A program made the translations under genes and the position numbers. Below the pieces are notes generated by a model. The model did no database searches, had not been told where the DNA came from, and saw nothing but the letters and a program-made list of their open reading frames with translations. A stretch of 64,000 nucleotides of DNA from a virus, in IMG/VR virus record IMGVR_UViG_3300010938_000004, positions 68,521-132,520 of that record. One strand, written 5' to 3'. Positions 1 through 9,387 of this stretch are shown in pieces. Each line of letters starts with the position of its first letter. The first letter of the stretch is position 1.

Positions 1-1
1 A

Positions 2-613
2 GGTTCTACGGTCGAAGGGTTCTTCGGACCGGCTGGTACGCTGGCCAACCCCGCGTTCACATCGCACACCGACACGAACACCGGCATGTACTTTCCGGCA
101 GCAGATACGGTTGGCGTTTCAGCTGGTGGCATTGGTGTAGTGCAATTTGATGCCGGTGGGCCTGGCAGTAATCGGCGTCTTACGTCGGTTGCTGCGAGTC
201 AGGATCTTTATATTTCTGCGTCTGCCAACTTATATCTTGGCGTTCAAAACATCCAAGAGATGATGCGCTTCTTGGCCACGGATTCTGGGCAGGTCATCGT
301 ATACCGACCGCTGCGCATGAACATTAACAGTGAGGGTCCTGGGCGTACGTCCTATTCCTTCAACAATCACCCGGACGGTGGTCTGGGGTATATCTCGTCG
401 ACGGTACTTGGCCTGTCTACCGCTGGAGCGTGGCGCATGCAGTGGAAGTCTGGCGTGGCGTTTGTCAACGCCGCAGCTTCTGCAGAGTCTACTGGCGCTG
501 GAACCCCTTTACTCGGAACTAACTGTCCCGCCAGCACGCTTACAGCTCCGTACACCTGGCTGAAGGTGGAGACGTCGGACGGTTCGACCGTCTACATCCC
601 GGCGTGGAAATAA
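2..613 (+). CDS. Tail fibre/virion appendage protein, C-terminal part (5' truncated by window)
   Basis: Frame open from position 2 (GSTVEGFFGPAGTLANPAFTSHTDTNTGMYF). Two G-x-x-x-x-P/T-x-x-x-F..D..G.Y repeats typical of fibres; Gly/Ser/Thr-rich. Confidence 0.65.
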   Translation, partial: GSTVEGFFGPAGTLANPAFTSHTDTNTGMYFPAADTVGVSAGGIGVVQFDAGGPGSNRRLTSVAASQDLYISASANLYLGVQNIQEMMRFLATDSGQVIVYRPLRMNINSEGPGRTSYSFNNHPDGGLGYISSTVLGLSTAGAWRMQWKSGVAFVNAAASAESTGAGTPLLGTNCPASTLTAPYTWLKVETSDGSTVYIPAWK

Positions 614-623
614 CGCTTGGTGA

Positions 624-1181
624 CTAGTTGAACACGTCAGGCTTATTCGGCCTCACTCGTTCGAAGAGTTCCTTTTCAGACATTTTTGCAGACTGAGCCA
701 GTGCTTGTACCAAAAAGCCAAAAAACGACGCTGCCTCTTCCTTAGTGAAGTAGAGGCTATGACGATACTCCGCCTCTATGTTGTCTCCGATCAGCACCAT
801 CATCTTGAGCTTCGCACGGTTAGCCTCATGCCCCAGCTCTTCTACCTTGCGCGCTAACTCTGGGAAAGCGACCAAAATTGACTGAGCGCACGGATTGGGG
901 CTAACTTGCTCCATGTACTTCTCCTTCAACGCTTCGAAGAAGCCGATCATGGCCTGAAGAGGCGGGTTATTGGCCTTAACTGCCGCGTCGATCATTGTTG
1001 CAATTGCAGGTTGCAAGAAATTCAGATCGGCAGTAGATGATACCATGGTTACTTTTTGATCTTCTGGCTTGCCAAATGCCAATGCCAAGTTAAACCCCAT
1101 ATCTTTGATCTGGCCCATGGTGTATTTAATCAGCTCTAAAAGAGCCCCCTGGCCGGGTGTTTGTTTTTCTTCTTTGCTCAT
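624..1181 (-). CDS. Hypothetical protein
   Basis: ORF; ATG at 1181 with GGAGAGGTGG SD, coupled to helicase stop. Confidence 0.6.
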   Translation of the reverse strand: MSKEEKQTPGQGALLELIKYTMGQIKDMGFNLALAFGKPEDQKVTMVSSTADLNFLQPAIATMIDAAVKANNPPLQAMIGFFEALKEKYMEQVSPNPCAQSILVAFPELARKVEELGHEANRAKLKMMVLIGDNIEAEYRHSLYFTKEEAASFFGFLVQALAQSAKMSEKELFERVRPNKPDVFN

Positions 1182-2689
1182 ACCACCTCTCCCATCTCGG
1201 AATAGATCTTGATCCGCTTTTCCAGCTGGTTTATCAGCAGTTGACACCCCAAGAACCTAAAGTCACATATGGTAGTAGTTGGCTTCCGGGCGACTCCGTT
1301 TTCGTCCTCGTCGTTCCTGAGCGCCCGGCCAACCAACTGCTTGACCGCGCCCCTTGCAACTCCGCCCTGCAGGTTAATCAACAGATCAACCGGCACCAAG
1401 TCTGCTCCCTCGCCCAAAGTAGAGGTGCCGATCAACACTTTCAGCTCGCGACGATTGAATGACTTGCACAGATCCTCCGACGTCGAAAGACCTCCGTACA
1501 CATAGCCAGAGCCAGGGATCTTCTCGTTAAGTCTCTTCCCGTGGTGTAGGTGTTCTACCATTATGAGCACACTCTGACCTGCCGCTACCGCGTCTTGAGT
1601 TAACCCCACTACCATGTCGTCCAGTGCGAAGTTCCCAGACAGCCAATTACAGTGGGCCTCAAGCGAATCCGAGCCGTCGTACCTGTTGACCTTGATGGAA
1701 TGCTCGGTTTCTTGTTTTGTCCGCTTATTGGTCACTATTTTCTTGTATTCACCATACGTCTGGTCTACGTCCATCACCATGAAGGTCGGGCGCGCCAGGT
1801 AGCCGTCCTCGATAGCCTGTTTCACCGAATACTCATACACCACATCACCAGCAGCTGCGAATACTGCCAACGTAGAGCCATCCGCTCGCTCTGGCTCGGC
1901 GGTTAGGCCGAACTTGAAGGTGGCATTCTTGAGGCGCTCGTTAAATACCTCTTCAAATGTAGAGGCCGGCGCATGATGAACCTCATCTCCAATAACCAAG
2001 TCTACCGAGGAAAACTCCTCCGCGCTTGCTGCATAGACACTCTGGTAGGTAGCGATGGTAACATACCCCTTACTCTTCTTTCCCCCGCCCCATACGCCCA
2101 CGTTCTTCTTTCCCAAGGCCTGCTCGAACTTCTCGATGGACTGCTTAAGGATGGGCACTGATGGCACCAGGAATAACGCACGGAGCCCCATCTTACGGAT
2201 AAGCTCTATTGCAAGGAGCGTCTTGCCAACTCCAGTTGGGAGGCAAATCGTCCCTCTCCATGGGGCTATCGAAGCGCCCTTCTCCCACAGCTCGCGGTTG
2301 GTCACCATCAAGACATCGAATGCTTCTTGCTGGGGCTTTCGCAGGTACCTGGGCCGCACCCCATCCAAAATCCTGCGCCTCCCCTCCACCGCCTCATAGG
2401 GATGAAAGACCATCTGAACACTCTCAGCTGGCACCTTACTGAGCACGTGGCTCAGTAAGCCCACAGGGAAGGTCACTACTCCATCTTGCGTGCGGGCCAT
2501 GTGCACGATCTTCTTGCTCCGTAGTTCCTCGATGCGCTTTTCCTTCCCTGGATAGTCCGGAGCTTTACTGGCGCGCATAAGCTGGTAACTGATGCTTTTA
2601 TTGGTGTACGAACAGGCAGAAACTACCAGCGCCTGCTCCAGGGCATTAACGCGTGCCTCACAATACTCCTTGTGCACTATGACCTTCAA
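1178..2689 (-). CDS. Superfamily 2 DNA helicase (UvsW/XPB-like)
   Basis: LPTGVGKT (motif I), GDEVHH (II), GLTA (III), GEGADL (V), QLVGRALR (VI); probable TTG start after GAAAGGG. Confidence 0.9.
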   Translation of the reverse strand: MKVIVHKEYCEARVNALEQALVVSACSYTNKSISYQLMRASKAPDYPGKEKRIEELRSKKIVHMARTQDGVVTFPVGLLSHVLSKVPAESVQMVFHPYEAVEGRRRILDGVRPRYLRKPQQEAFDVLMVTNRELWEKGASIAPWRGTICLPTGVGKTLLAIELIRKMGLRALFLVPSVPILKQSIEKFEQALGKKNVGVWGGGKKSKGYVTIATYQSVYAASAEEFSSVDLVIGDEVHHAPASTFEEVFNERLKNATFKFGLTAEPERADGSTLAVFAAAGDVVYEYSVKQAIEDGYLARPTFMVMDVDQTYGEYKKIVTNKRTKQETEHSIKVNRYDGSDSLEAHCNWLSGNFALDDMVVGLTQDAVAAGQSVLIMVEHLHHGKRLNEKIPGSGYVYGGLSTSEDLCKSFNRRELKVLIGTSTLGEGADLVPVDLLINLQGGVARGAVKQLVGRALRNDEDENGVARKPTTTICDFRFLGCQLLINQLEKRIKIYSEMGEVV

Positions 2690-2694
2690 TCTGA

Positions 2695-3078
2695 CTACCC
2701 TTTCTTGTAGTGGATGACACACAACATGGAGAGGCCTTTGCCTACTGGCCGCTTACACCCTTCATTAGAACAAGAGGCTCGACGCTTGGTTACTGTGATT
2801 GGTCTGTCAAACGAGGCGCAGTCTGCGCACATTCCGCCTGGTTTGAAAGCTTGCAGCTTCTTACAGCTTTCGCAGACGACGTCTGCTGGCTTGAGACATC
2901 GCACTCTGACATTTCTTCGCCACGAGCTTGGGGCCCGGGGGCCCGAAAGTTTCTTTTGCTTGGGTGGAGAAAAATATCTCTCGTATATGCGCCTGATCGT
3001 CCTCGACAAAAGCCCCTCCTGGGGAATGAGCTACAGGATCGTCAGAGCAAGCATCGAGAATAAAATCAAGATCTCCAT
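2695..3078 (-). pseudogene. Membrane-anchored Cys-rich (Zn-finger) protein interrupted by in-frame TAG at 3031-3033
   Basis: MEILILFSMLALTIL*LIPQEGLLSRTIRR continues in frame into CESC..CADC..CSNEGC..CVIH. Confidence 0.5.
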
Positions 3079-3235
3079 CAAAGACTCGACAGGTCTTGAC
3101 AGCTGATCCAGTATCACCGCGGCAATTAAGCACGCGACTCTGCTGACAGCAACGACAGACAGCCTGGTCAGGAATGCTGCGTCTGCCGCAGCAACGGTGA
3201 TCATGTCCAGAATCTTTCGTCCATCTTGCATCTTA

Positions 3236-4069
3236 TCAATCGTCCACGTCTTCAGCAATAGGGATAATCGGCTCATGGTCTTCAGTGGGACCTTGCTCCA
3301 TTTGAGCCATGAGGCTGGACAAAAACTCTTCCTTCGCGACCTCCCTGAGAAAACCGTACGCAATTCGCCGCGAGGTCGGCATGTTGTACACGGCATCAGG
3401 CAATAGTCTATCCCTAAGAAGAGACTTCTGCTGCTCAGACAGGGACAGCAATTTCTGGATGGGCACTGCTGCTGCAGCGATCGGAGACAAACTCAGTATC
3501 CACTGTTCCACAGTGCCACCTATAACTTTTTGCACTTCATCTTTGGTAAGGGTAACCCCCACAGGTCGAGAGGGGGGTACCATGGTCTCAAGGTGCTTCA
3601 ACATAGCTTCAAGTTTGTGGAGCTTGGCATCGACATCCATGAGAACCCACTCTTTGGCGGCCTTCACCGCCAAGTCAATATCTGAGAAGCGAGATGACAA
3701 AGACTCTCGAACGGCATCTGCCGCAGCTAATAGTGACTCGCAACAAGGAGTCCCATACTTGGAGTAGTCATGTGCCGGCAGAAGGTGTTGCGCGTTCAAT
3801 GCCTCTTGCTCCAGCGCCAAGAGTTGCTCTTTATCGTCGCCAAGCTCAGACATCTTCGCTCGAAGAGATTGTAAAAGCAGAGCGTGATCTTGCGCTGCAC
3901 TACGCAACAGTGCTTCTTTTTTGACGAGAGCGTCGTATTGACCGCGGATCCTGGCCTCAGCTGCTGATAAGCGATCTTCCACTGCGCGCTCATCAAGTAG
4001 TTGCTCCATAGCGGCTAAGATCTTCTCAGCCCTCTGCTGTTTCCATTTGTCTCCGAACTTCTCTTCCAT
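3236..4069 (-). CDS. Hypothetical coiled-coil protein
   Basis: 277 aa ORF, heptad-rich N-terminal half. Confidence 0.7.
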   Translation of the reverse strand: MEEKFGDKWKQQRAEKILAAMEQLLDERAVEDRLSAAEARIRGQYDALVKKEALLRSAAQDHALLLQSLRAKMSELGDDKEQLLALEQEALNAQHLLPAHDYSKYGTPCCESLLAAADAVRESLSSRFSDIDLAVKAAKEWVLMDVDAKLHKLEAMLKHLETMVPPSRPVGVTLTKDEVQKVIGGTVEQWILSLSPIAAAAVPIQKLLSLSEQQKSLLRDRLLPDAVYNMPTSRRIAYGFLREVAKEEFLSSLMAQMEQGPTEDHEPIIPIAEDVDD

Positions 4070-4077
4070 GTGGCGTA

Positions 4078-4151
4078 AGATTACCGCACGCGGCGATAGC
4101 TGCGCAACGCAAGTTTAAAACTTGCTCTTGGCCTCTCATGGGCCATAGACT
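4078..4151. promoter_or_regulatory. Back-to-back divergent sigma70-like promoters with central palindrome GCAAGTTT-A-AAACTTGC (4109-4125)
   Basis: + strand TTGCTC-N18-TAGACT before 4157; - strand TTGCGC-N18-TAATCT before 4069. Confidence 0.5.
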
Positions 4152-4156
4152 CAACA

Positions 4157-5209
4157 ATGAGAAGGAGTACTATGAAGGACCTCGCTTTTGAAGAAGCCAT
4201 TGGCAGCTTGGCCTGCCTCAAGGCGACACGCAAGCTGTCTAACTCCGACACTGACCCGGTGGCCGTATACCTGAGGCGTCAATACTCGCAGGCCGATAAA
4301 TTTGGCAAAATCTCTGTGTATGCGGTCAGCGTAGTGAATATGATTTTGACACAACGTAGAGCTGTATTCACCATAGCCCGGCGCACGCTGGCGAGGAGCA
4401 TTAAGGCGGATGAGAATCACTCCGCCGGCTTCGATAACAATGAGTACAAAACCCTACTGGCATTCCTCACCTCGGGACTGGGCCTCATCAAGATCGCCCA
4501 CGCGGGCAACGGCAGGTCTCCCCACCTTTACGAAGTGGTCGACGAATCTCTCCTGTCCTTGATGCGCCTGTCTAAAGAGCAGGTAATTGAACAGAAAATA
4601 TACGCCATGAAGCTCCTCCACCCTAACAGCTTCGATGAGCGTAGCGGTCTGAAAAGCGGTCTGAAAAGCGGTCTGAAAAGCGGTCTGAAAAGCGGTCTGA
4701 AAACTACAGACCGCAAAGCAGACCGCAAAGCAGACCGCAAAGCAGACCAGGAGAAGGAGAAGGAGGTGGAGCAGGAGAGATCTATAAGATCTATTAATAG
4801 ATCTAGTATTAGATCTACTTCTTCATCTGAAGATCATCTTCAACCTGAAGAACCAGATCTCTCTCATAAGAAAATCTTTTCTTGGGAAGAACTCCCGGAA
4901 GTAAAATTTTCAGTCAAGGCGGCAGCGACAAGTGCTCCAGCCAAATACAACCCAAGAGATCTTGGGCTCAGGGTTGGAAAACTTTTTGACAAGCATCACG
5001 ATGCTGTGTGGAAATTCATTAATTTAATTCCTAACTTACTGCCCTCTGGAAAATTCTCTCAACAACAAGCCCAGGCTCAGATAGCTGGTCTTGTACATCT
5101 TGCCTCTAAGAAAAAGATCATAAAAAAACAAATACTTAAGGCTTCAATTAAAGTCCAAAAAATGACAAAGGTCAATGACCTAGAAGATGATATTCCTCCA
5201 TTAATTTAA
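4157..5209 (+). CDS. Putative replication initiator/origin-binding protein
   Basis: Globular N-terminus, internal DNA repeats read as (KSGL)n(DRKA)n, AT-rich 3' half; layout like lambdoid O genes; first gene after strand switch. Confidence 0.55.
   Translation: MRRSTMKDLAFEEAIGSLACLKATRKLSNSDTDPVAVYLRRQYSQADKFGKISVYAVSVVNMILTQRRAVFTIARRTLARSIKADENHSAGFDNNEYKTLLAFLTSGLGLIKIAHAGNGRSPHLYEVVDESLLSLMRLSKEQVIEQKIYAMKLLHPNSFDERSGLKSGLKSGLKSGLKSGLKTTDRKADRKADRKADQEKEKEVEQERSIRSINRSSIRSTSSSEDHLQPEEPDLSHKKIFSWEELPEVKFSVKAAATSAPAKYNPRDLGLRVGKLFDKHHDAVWKFINLIPNLLPSGKFSQQQAQAQIAGLVHLASKKKIIKKQILKASIKVQKMTKVNDLEDDIPPLI
4643..4750. repeat. Iteron-like array: 5x AGCGGTCTGAAA then 3.5x CAGACCGCAAAG (inverted core)
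   Basis: Read directly; CAGACCGC is the reverse complement of GCGGTCTG. Confidence 0.95.
4778..4860. other. AT-rich AGATCT cluster, candidate DNA-unwinding element
   Basis: AGATCT at 4778, 4787, 4799, 4811, 4855 and AGATCA at 4831 in AT-rich context. Confidence 0.6.
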
Positions 5210-5260
5210 CTATATACATAAACAGAACCCTGTCCCTGTGAGAGAGAGTACACTCCCTGC

Positions 5261-5884
5261 GTGAATGCCGAAGCAGCCCGTGCCATCCTGCAGCAAGACC
5301 TAGCTAGAATTTTTTCCGACGTAAAGCAACTTAACTCCGCAAGACAACAGGCAGAAAGAATCGCCGACGCTGTGCATCGCTACGCAGTTTCCTGCGAGGC
5401 TTTTGAGTTGGTAAAGTTTTCTGGCTTTACCGGACCAGGCAACGGGGGCATTGACCAACGCCCTCCGGGCCCCGGGATGAGCGCAACCGTGTCTTTGCTG
5501 GAGTCTGACTTGTGCCAGGTTTTCAACCATGGTGACGCGCTAGGAACCCACGAGGAGTTTGCGCGAAGATTCTCCGTGGCAGTAAACGCCCACTACCTTC
5601 GCGCATGGACGAAGACGATGGCTTCTAAGTCTAGCTCAAGCTACCGCACGACCATCGGCGGTCTGGACAAACGCGGAGGAGCGATCGGGTTAACCACAGC
5701 AAAACCTGCCTTTGTTGCGGCTTTGACCCAGGTATACTCTGGCGTTCAGTCGCTCGTAACCATCAGCGAAGTCGCTAGGCGTATCGCGGTCGCGATCAGT
5801 GAGTTCTTGTGCTCTGGCCGAGTAATTTTCATTGGCTCGGTATCTGGTTCGGTGGGTGTCTCCACCAGGAGTCAGATTTCGTGA
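5261..5884 (+). CDS. Hypothetical protein (two internal helical repeats; possibly virion-associated)
   Basis: GTG 6 nt after TACACT; repeated A.RIA.AV/I motif. Confidence 0.6.
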   Translation: MNAEAARAILQQDLARIFSDVKQLNSARQQAERIADAVHRYAVSCEAFELVKFSGFTGPGNGGIDQRPPGPGMSATVSLLESDLCQVFNHGDALGTHEEFARRFSVAVNAHYLRAWTKTMASKSSSSYRTTIGGLDKRGGAIGLTTAKPAFVAALTQVYSGVQSLVTISEVARRIAVAISEFLCSGRVIFIGSVSGSVGVSTRSQIS

Positions 5885-6041
5885 AGTCGCAAATGCAAGT
5901 CTCGATCTGGTTCATACATGGCGAAATTTCTGGCGCCAAGGCCCCGCCCTTCGTTTTGGATTTTAAAAACCATCCACGGCATGGTTTTGAGCCGTCGTTG
6001 ATTGGCGACCCATTAGCGCCGATGCCGCAAGGTGCGTCAAT

Positions 6042-6653
6042 ATGAAGCGAGAACGATCCCACGTGTTGATCGCTCGGTTCCCATACGGGAAATTAGACGC
6101 TTTGCGTCGAGCGATCGAGCTGTATAAATCTTCTACAGAAGACCGAGCGCTGGGCTTTTTTGTGGTGCCCATCATGGTCGACGATCCGGGCAGCATGCAG
6201 CAAGTGTTCGAGGCTTTCTCTAGTGAGGGATTGCGCATCGCAACCATCGCATGTTGGTATCGAAATCGACACATCGTCACCGCCAAAGGCAACAAGCTCA
6301 CGAACACCTGGGAGCCTGTGTTTGTCGTCTACAAGTCCGATGACTACGTCATGAACAGGGCCTCCGTGATGAAGATCAAAAAAGATCGCGAGTCGAAGTC
6401 AGACATGTTTGACGAGGACGAGTATCTTACGTGCCTAGGGGATCATTGGCCCATTCGCAACGATCCGCGGGACAGGCGTTTTCTTCCGGCGCAGCTAGTG
6501 CTAAACTGCGGGCAGTTGGCCGATTTGAAGCCGGGAGATCGGGTCTTAGATCCGATTGGCATGCCGACGATAAAAGAGACGTGCCAGCAGTTGGGGTGGA
6601 AGTACGTAATGGACGCGTTGACAGCGACGCGTTTGCCGACGAGGAGAAAGTAA
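6042..6653 (+). CDS. Degenerate N4/N6 DNA methyltransferase-fold protein
   Basis: WEPVFVVYK and PGDRVLDP resemble beta-class MTases, but RFPY replaces (D/S)PPY and FxGxG is missing. Confidence 0.6.
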   Translation: MKRERSHVLIARFPYGKLDALRRAIELYKSSTEDRALGFFVVPIMVDDPGSMQQVFEAFSSEGLRIATIACWYRNRHIVTAKGNKLTNTWEPVFVVYKSDDYVMNRASVMKIKKDRESKSDMFDEDEYLTCLGDHWPIRNDPRDRRFLPAQLVLNCGQLADLKPGDRVLDPIGMPTIKETCQQLGWKYVMDALTATRLPTRRK

Positions 6654-6654
6654 C

Positions 6655-8397
6655 ATGAGCAAGCACACTGGATACGACAAGAAAGAGCTGGCACGAGTAA
6701 CTATGGCCGCACTTCAGGACATGGCGGGCGTCGTAAAGTCCACTCTCGGCCCGGCCGGGCGGACGGTCATTATTGAGTTGCCCAATGGGCACCCGCTTGT
6801 GACGAAAGATGGCGTGACGGTGGCTCGCCACTACGGCTCCGGTACTAGCCATGTGCAGGACGTGATCGCTCGCGTGGTTAGGGAAGCTTGCGAACGCACC
6901 GGCAACGAAGTGGGAGATGGCACTACGACTGCGATCGTTTTGACGGAAGCGATCGTGCGATTGGGTCAGGAATTTTTACAGGCGAATCCGAGCTACAGTC
7001 CCGAGAAGCTCTCGCGAGACCTGACCTCAGCCTACAAGGATTTTTTGCTCGTGATGCAGAACACCAACTTCGCTACGCAGGTGAAGGACAAGAAGATTGA
7101 GGATGCGAACGCCCTAATCAAATTTGTGGCCATGGTCAGCGCCAATCACGATGAGGCGATCGCTGACGCGGTGGTGCAGGCAGTGGAGCAAGTGGGCCTC
7201 GACGGTATGCTGCGCGCCGAGGAAGGAGTCGGTCACTCTACGTCGGTGACGATGGAGAAGGGTTTTCCTGTCCGCACTGGCTTTAGGGAGATTGGCGGCC
7301 CCGCGGAGGTGGCGTTCTTGAACAACCAGTCTCGCGGCGAGTGCATCCTGGAAGAATCCCTGATTGCTCTGTATGACGGAGACATCACCGATTCGGCTCA
7401 ACTTATCCCGATCATGACGGCGTTGACGAGTCTGTACCAGGGCACAGGCTCACCCCCTCCTCCGGTGGTGTTCGTGGCGCATTCTTTCACCCCGCCTGTG
7501 CTTAGGTACATGGCAGAAGCCTTCCGCAAGCACTTCTACGTGGTGCCGTACGTGACGCACATGCACATGCAGCAGCACGGCAAGCAGCTGTTTCTGCATG
7601 ACCTGGCGGCGTACGTCGGCGGGAAGATTTTTGAGCCTCACGGCACTCGCTTGGAGCAAGCGAAGCCTGAAGATCTAGGCGGCGCAGACCGCGTGGTCAT
7701 CGGCCAGAACAACGCCGCCTTTTTCGTGGAAACTCCCGATCCTGCTCGACTTCAAGCTCGCGTCGACGATTTGAAGGCACAGCTTGCGACCGAGAATGAG
7801 CACGCGAAGAGCCAGATCCGGTTCCGGATTGGCCAGCTCTCTGGTGGCATTGCCGTCATTCTGGCTGGCGGAGCCACCTCAGCTGAGGCTAAGGAGCGTC
7901 AGGCTCGTCTTGTGGACGCGATCTCCGCGGTGAGGGCGGCCATTGATTCTGGGATTGTTCCAGGCGGAGGGGCCACCTTCCTGTGGTTGGCACAGCAGAT
8001 CCGCAACCTGTACGCCCCAGAAGCGCCTATGCTTCCCCATCATCAGATTCTGTTCGAGGCTCTTCGAGTTCCTTTCCGCCAGGTCCTGCAGAACGCGGGC
8101 TTCGATGCGGACAGTATCGAGCAGACGGTGTTGGAAAAGACGGCAAAATCCGGCGTGCAGCACGTCTTTAATGTGCTTACCGAGCAAGTGGGCCCGTGGA
8201 ATGAGGTGGGCATCGCTGATCCCGCGAAGGTGATTACGTCGGCATTGGGTAATGCGCTCTCGGTTGCCAAGACTCTCATCACTTTGGGCGGCTTTATTGT
8301 GCGACGTAACGCGGAAGAAGAAGAGCGCACCCGTGCTATGAGCGAGGGGCTTATCCGGGCTATCAATTACCAGGAGCAGGGAGGCGACCTTGCTTAA
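6655..8397 (+). CDS. groEL: Phage-encoded chaperonin GroEL
   Basis: STLGPAGR, TKDGVTVA, GDGTTTA, GIVPGGG, ADPAKV motifs; 580 aa. Confidence 0.95.
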   Translation: MSKHTGYDKKELARVTMAALQDMAGVVKSTLGPAGRTVIIELPNGHPLVTKDGVTVARHYGSGTSHVQDVIARVVREACERTGNEVGDGTTTAIVLTEAIVRLGQEFLQANPSYSPEKLSRDLTSAYKDFLLVMQNTNFATQVKDKKIEDANALIKFVAMVSANHDEAIADAVVQAVEQVGLDGMLRAEEGVGHSTSVTMEKGFPVRTGFREIGGPAEVAFLNNQSRGECILEESLIALYDGDITDSAQLIPIMTALTSLYQGTGSPPPPVVFVAHSFTPPVLRYMAEAFRKHFYVVPYVTHMHMQQHGKQLFLHDLAAYVGGKIFEPHGTRLEQAKPEDLGGADRVVIGQNNAAFFVETPDPARLQARVDDLKAQLATENEHAKSQIRFRIGQLSGGIAVILAGGATSAEAKERQARLVDAISAVRAAIDSGIVPGGGATFLWLAQQIRNLYAPEAPMLPHHQILFEALRVPFRQVLQNAGFDADSIEQTVLEKTAKSGVQHVFNVLTEQVGPWNEVGIADPAKVITSALGNALSVAKTLITLGGFIVRRNAEEEERTRAMSEGLIRAINYQEQGGDLA

Positions 8398-8683
8398 GGA
8401 AGTGTGGAACTCGTTTCCGTGGTACTTGAAGATCTTGCTGGTGGTGGGCGTTCCCGTCATCTTGTTGCTGGCCCTTACGAGCTTCGGCCGATCGATACTA
8501 CGAGGTTTCATGGCGGCGAGGATCGAGAAGATTAACGACGGGAAGTTGAACGAGCTGGGTAAGGAGATTGACAGACTGACCGGAAAGAGCGATACGATTA
8601 AGTCGAACATCGACCAGCTTGAGAAACAACGGGCCGAGATCAAGACGGAAGAGAACACCGTCGACTTCCACAACAAGAGGTAG
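8390..8683 (+). CDS. Membrane-anchored coiled-coil protein (i-spanin-like)
   Basis: N-terminal TM helix followed by heptad repeat. Confidence 0.5.
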   Translation: MLKEVWNSFPWYLKILLVVGVPVILLLALTSFGRSILRGFMAARIEKINDGKLNELGKEIDRLTGKSDTIKSNIDQLEKQRAEIKTEENTVDFHNKR

Positions 8684-8685
8684 AG

Positions 8686-9072
8686 ATGCGACCCTTCGTG
8701 GTGTTCATGATGCTGCCATTGCTTGCCTGGGGAGACTGTCCGAACGCTATCCGGCTCAAGGTGGGCGATCGAGTTTCCGATTGCGATCGCATCGGGTACT
8801 CAGAGGCCTACGACCAGCGCGTCGTTAAAGAGCTGAAGGACTATAAACTCCTTCAGGAGATCGACCTGCAGAAGGACAGCCTGATTAAGAACCAGGATCT
8901 GCGAATCAAGACCCAGTCGGAGATGATCCAGACGTGGGCTGAGGATTCTCAGTACTTTCGTACAGCGTACAAAGAGGAGCGGGACGCGGGGAATTTGAAG
9001 CTCTACTTGGGGGTTTTCATGGGGGTTCTTTTGTCGGGGTTTGCGGTATGGGGAGCCTCTCAACTCAGGTGA
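8686..9072 (+). CDS. Exported coiled-coil protein with C-terminal TM (spanin-partner-like)
   Basis: Signal peptide MRPFVVFMMLPLLAWG, two Cys, coiled coil, C-terminal hydrophobic helix. Confidence 0.45.
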   Translation: MRPFVVFMMLPLLAWGDCPNAIRLKVGDRVSDCDRIGYSEAYDQRVVKELKDYKLLQEIDLQKDSLIKNQDLRIKTQSEMIQTWAEDSQYFRTAYKEERDAGNLKLYLGVFMGVLLSGFAVWGASQLR

Positions 9073-9075
9073 TGC

Positions 9076-9387
9076 GTGCCTCTTTACTATTTTCAGTGTG
9101 ATGCGTGCCAGACTGGCTCTTCGTTTCAGCTGGCTTTTGAGCAGCGAAACGAATCCCAGCTCTGTGACTGTGGTGGCTCGATGACTCGCCGTTTGTCTCC
9201 CCCCATGATGAACGAGATGGAGACCATCGACTACGCTAAGAATCGCTCTCGTGTGGCTAGGACAGAAGAGCTGCTTGATGATCGAGATAGGAGAGTTAGT
9301 GAAGCCAAGGTGGAGCAGAAGGTGGAGCACATTGGGCAAGCTGCTGCGGTTGAGCAGGGCCTGATTCCCGACAAGAGGGTGTTGTGA
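9076..9387 (+). CDS. FmdB-family zinc-ribbon protein
   Basis: MPLYYFQCDAC...CDCGG..MTR. Confidence 0.8.
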   Translation: MPLYYFQCDACQTGSSFQLAFEQRNESQLCDCGGSMTRRLSPPMMNEMETIDYAKNRSRVARTEELLDDRDRRVSEAKVEQKVEHIGQAAAVEQGLIPDKRVL

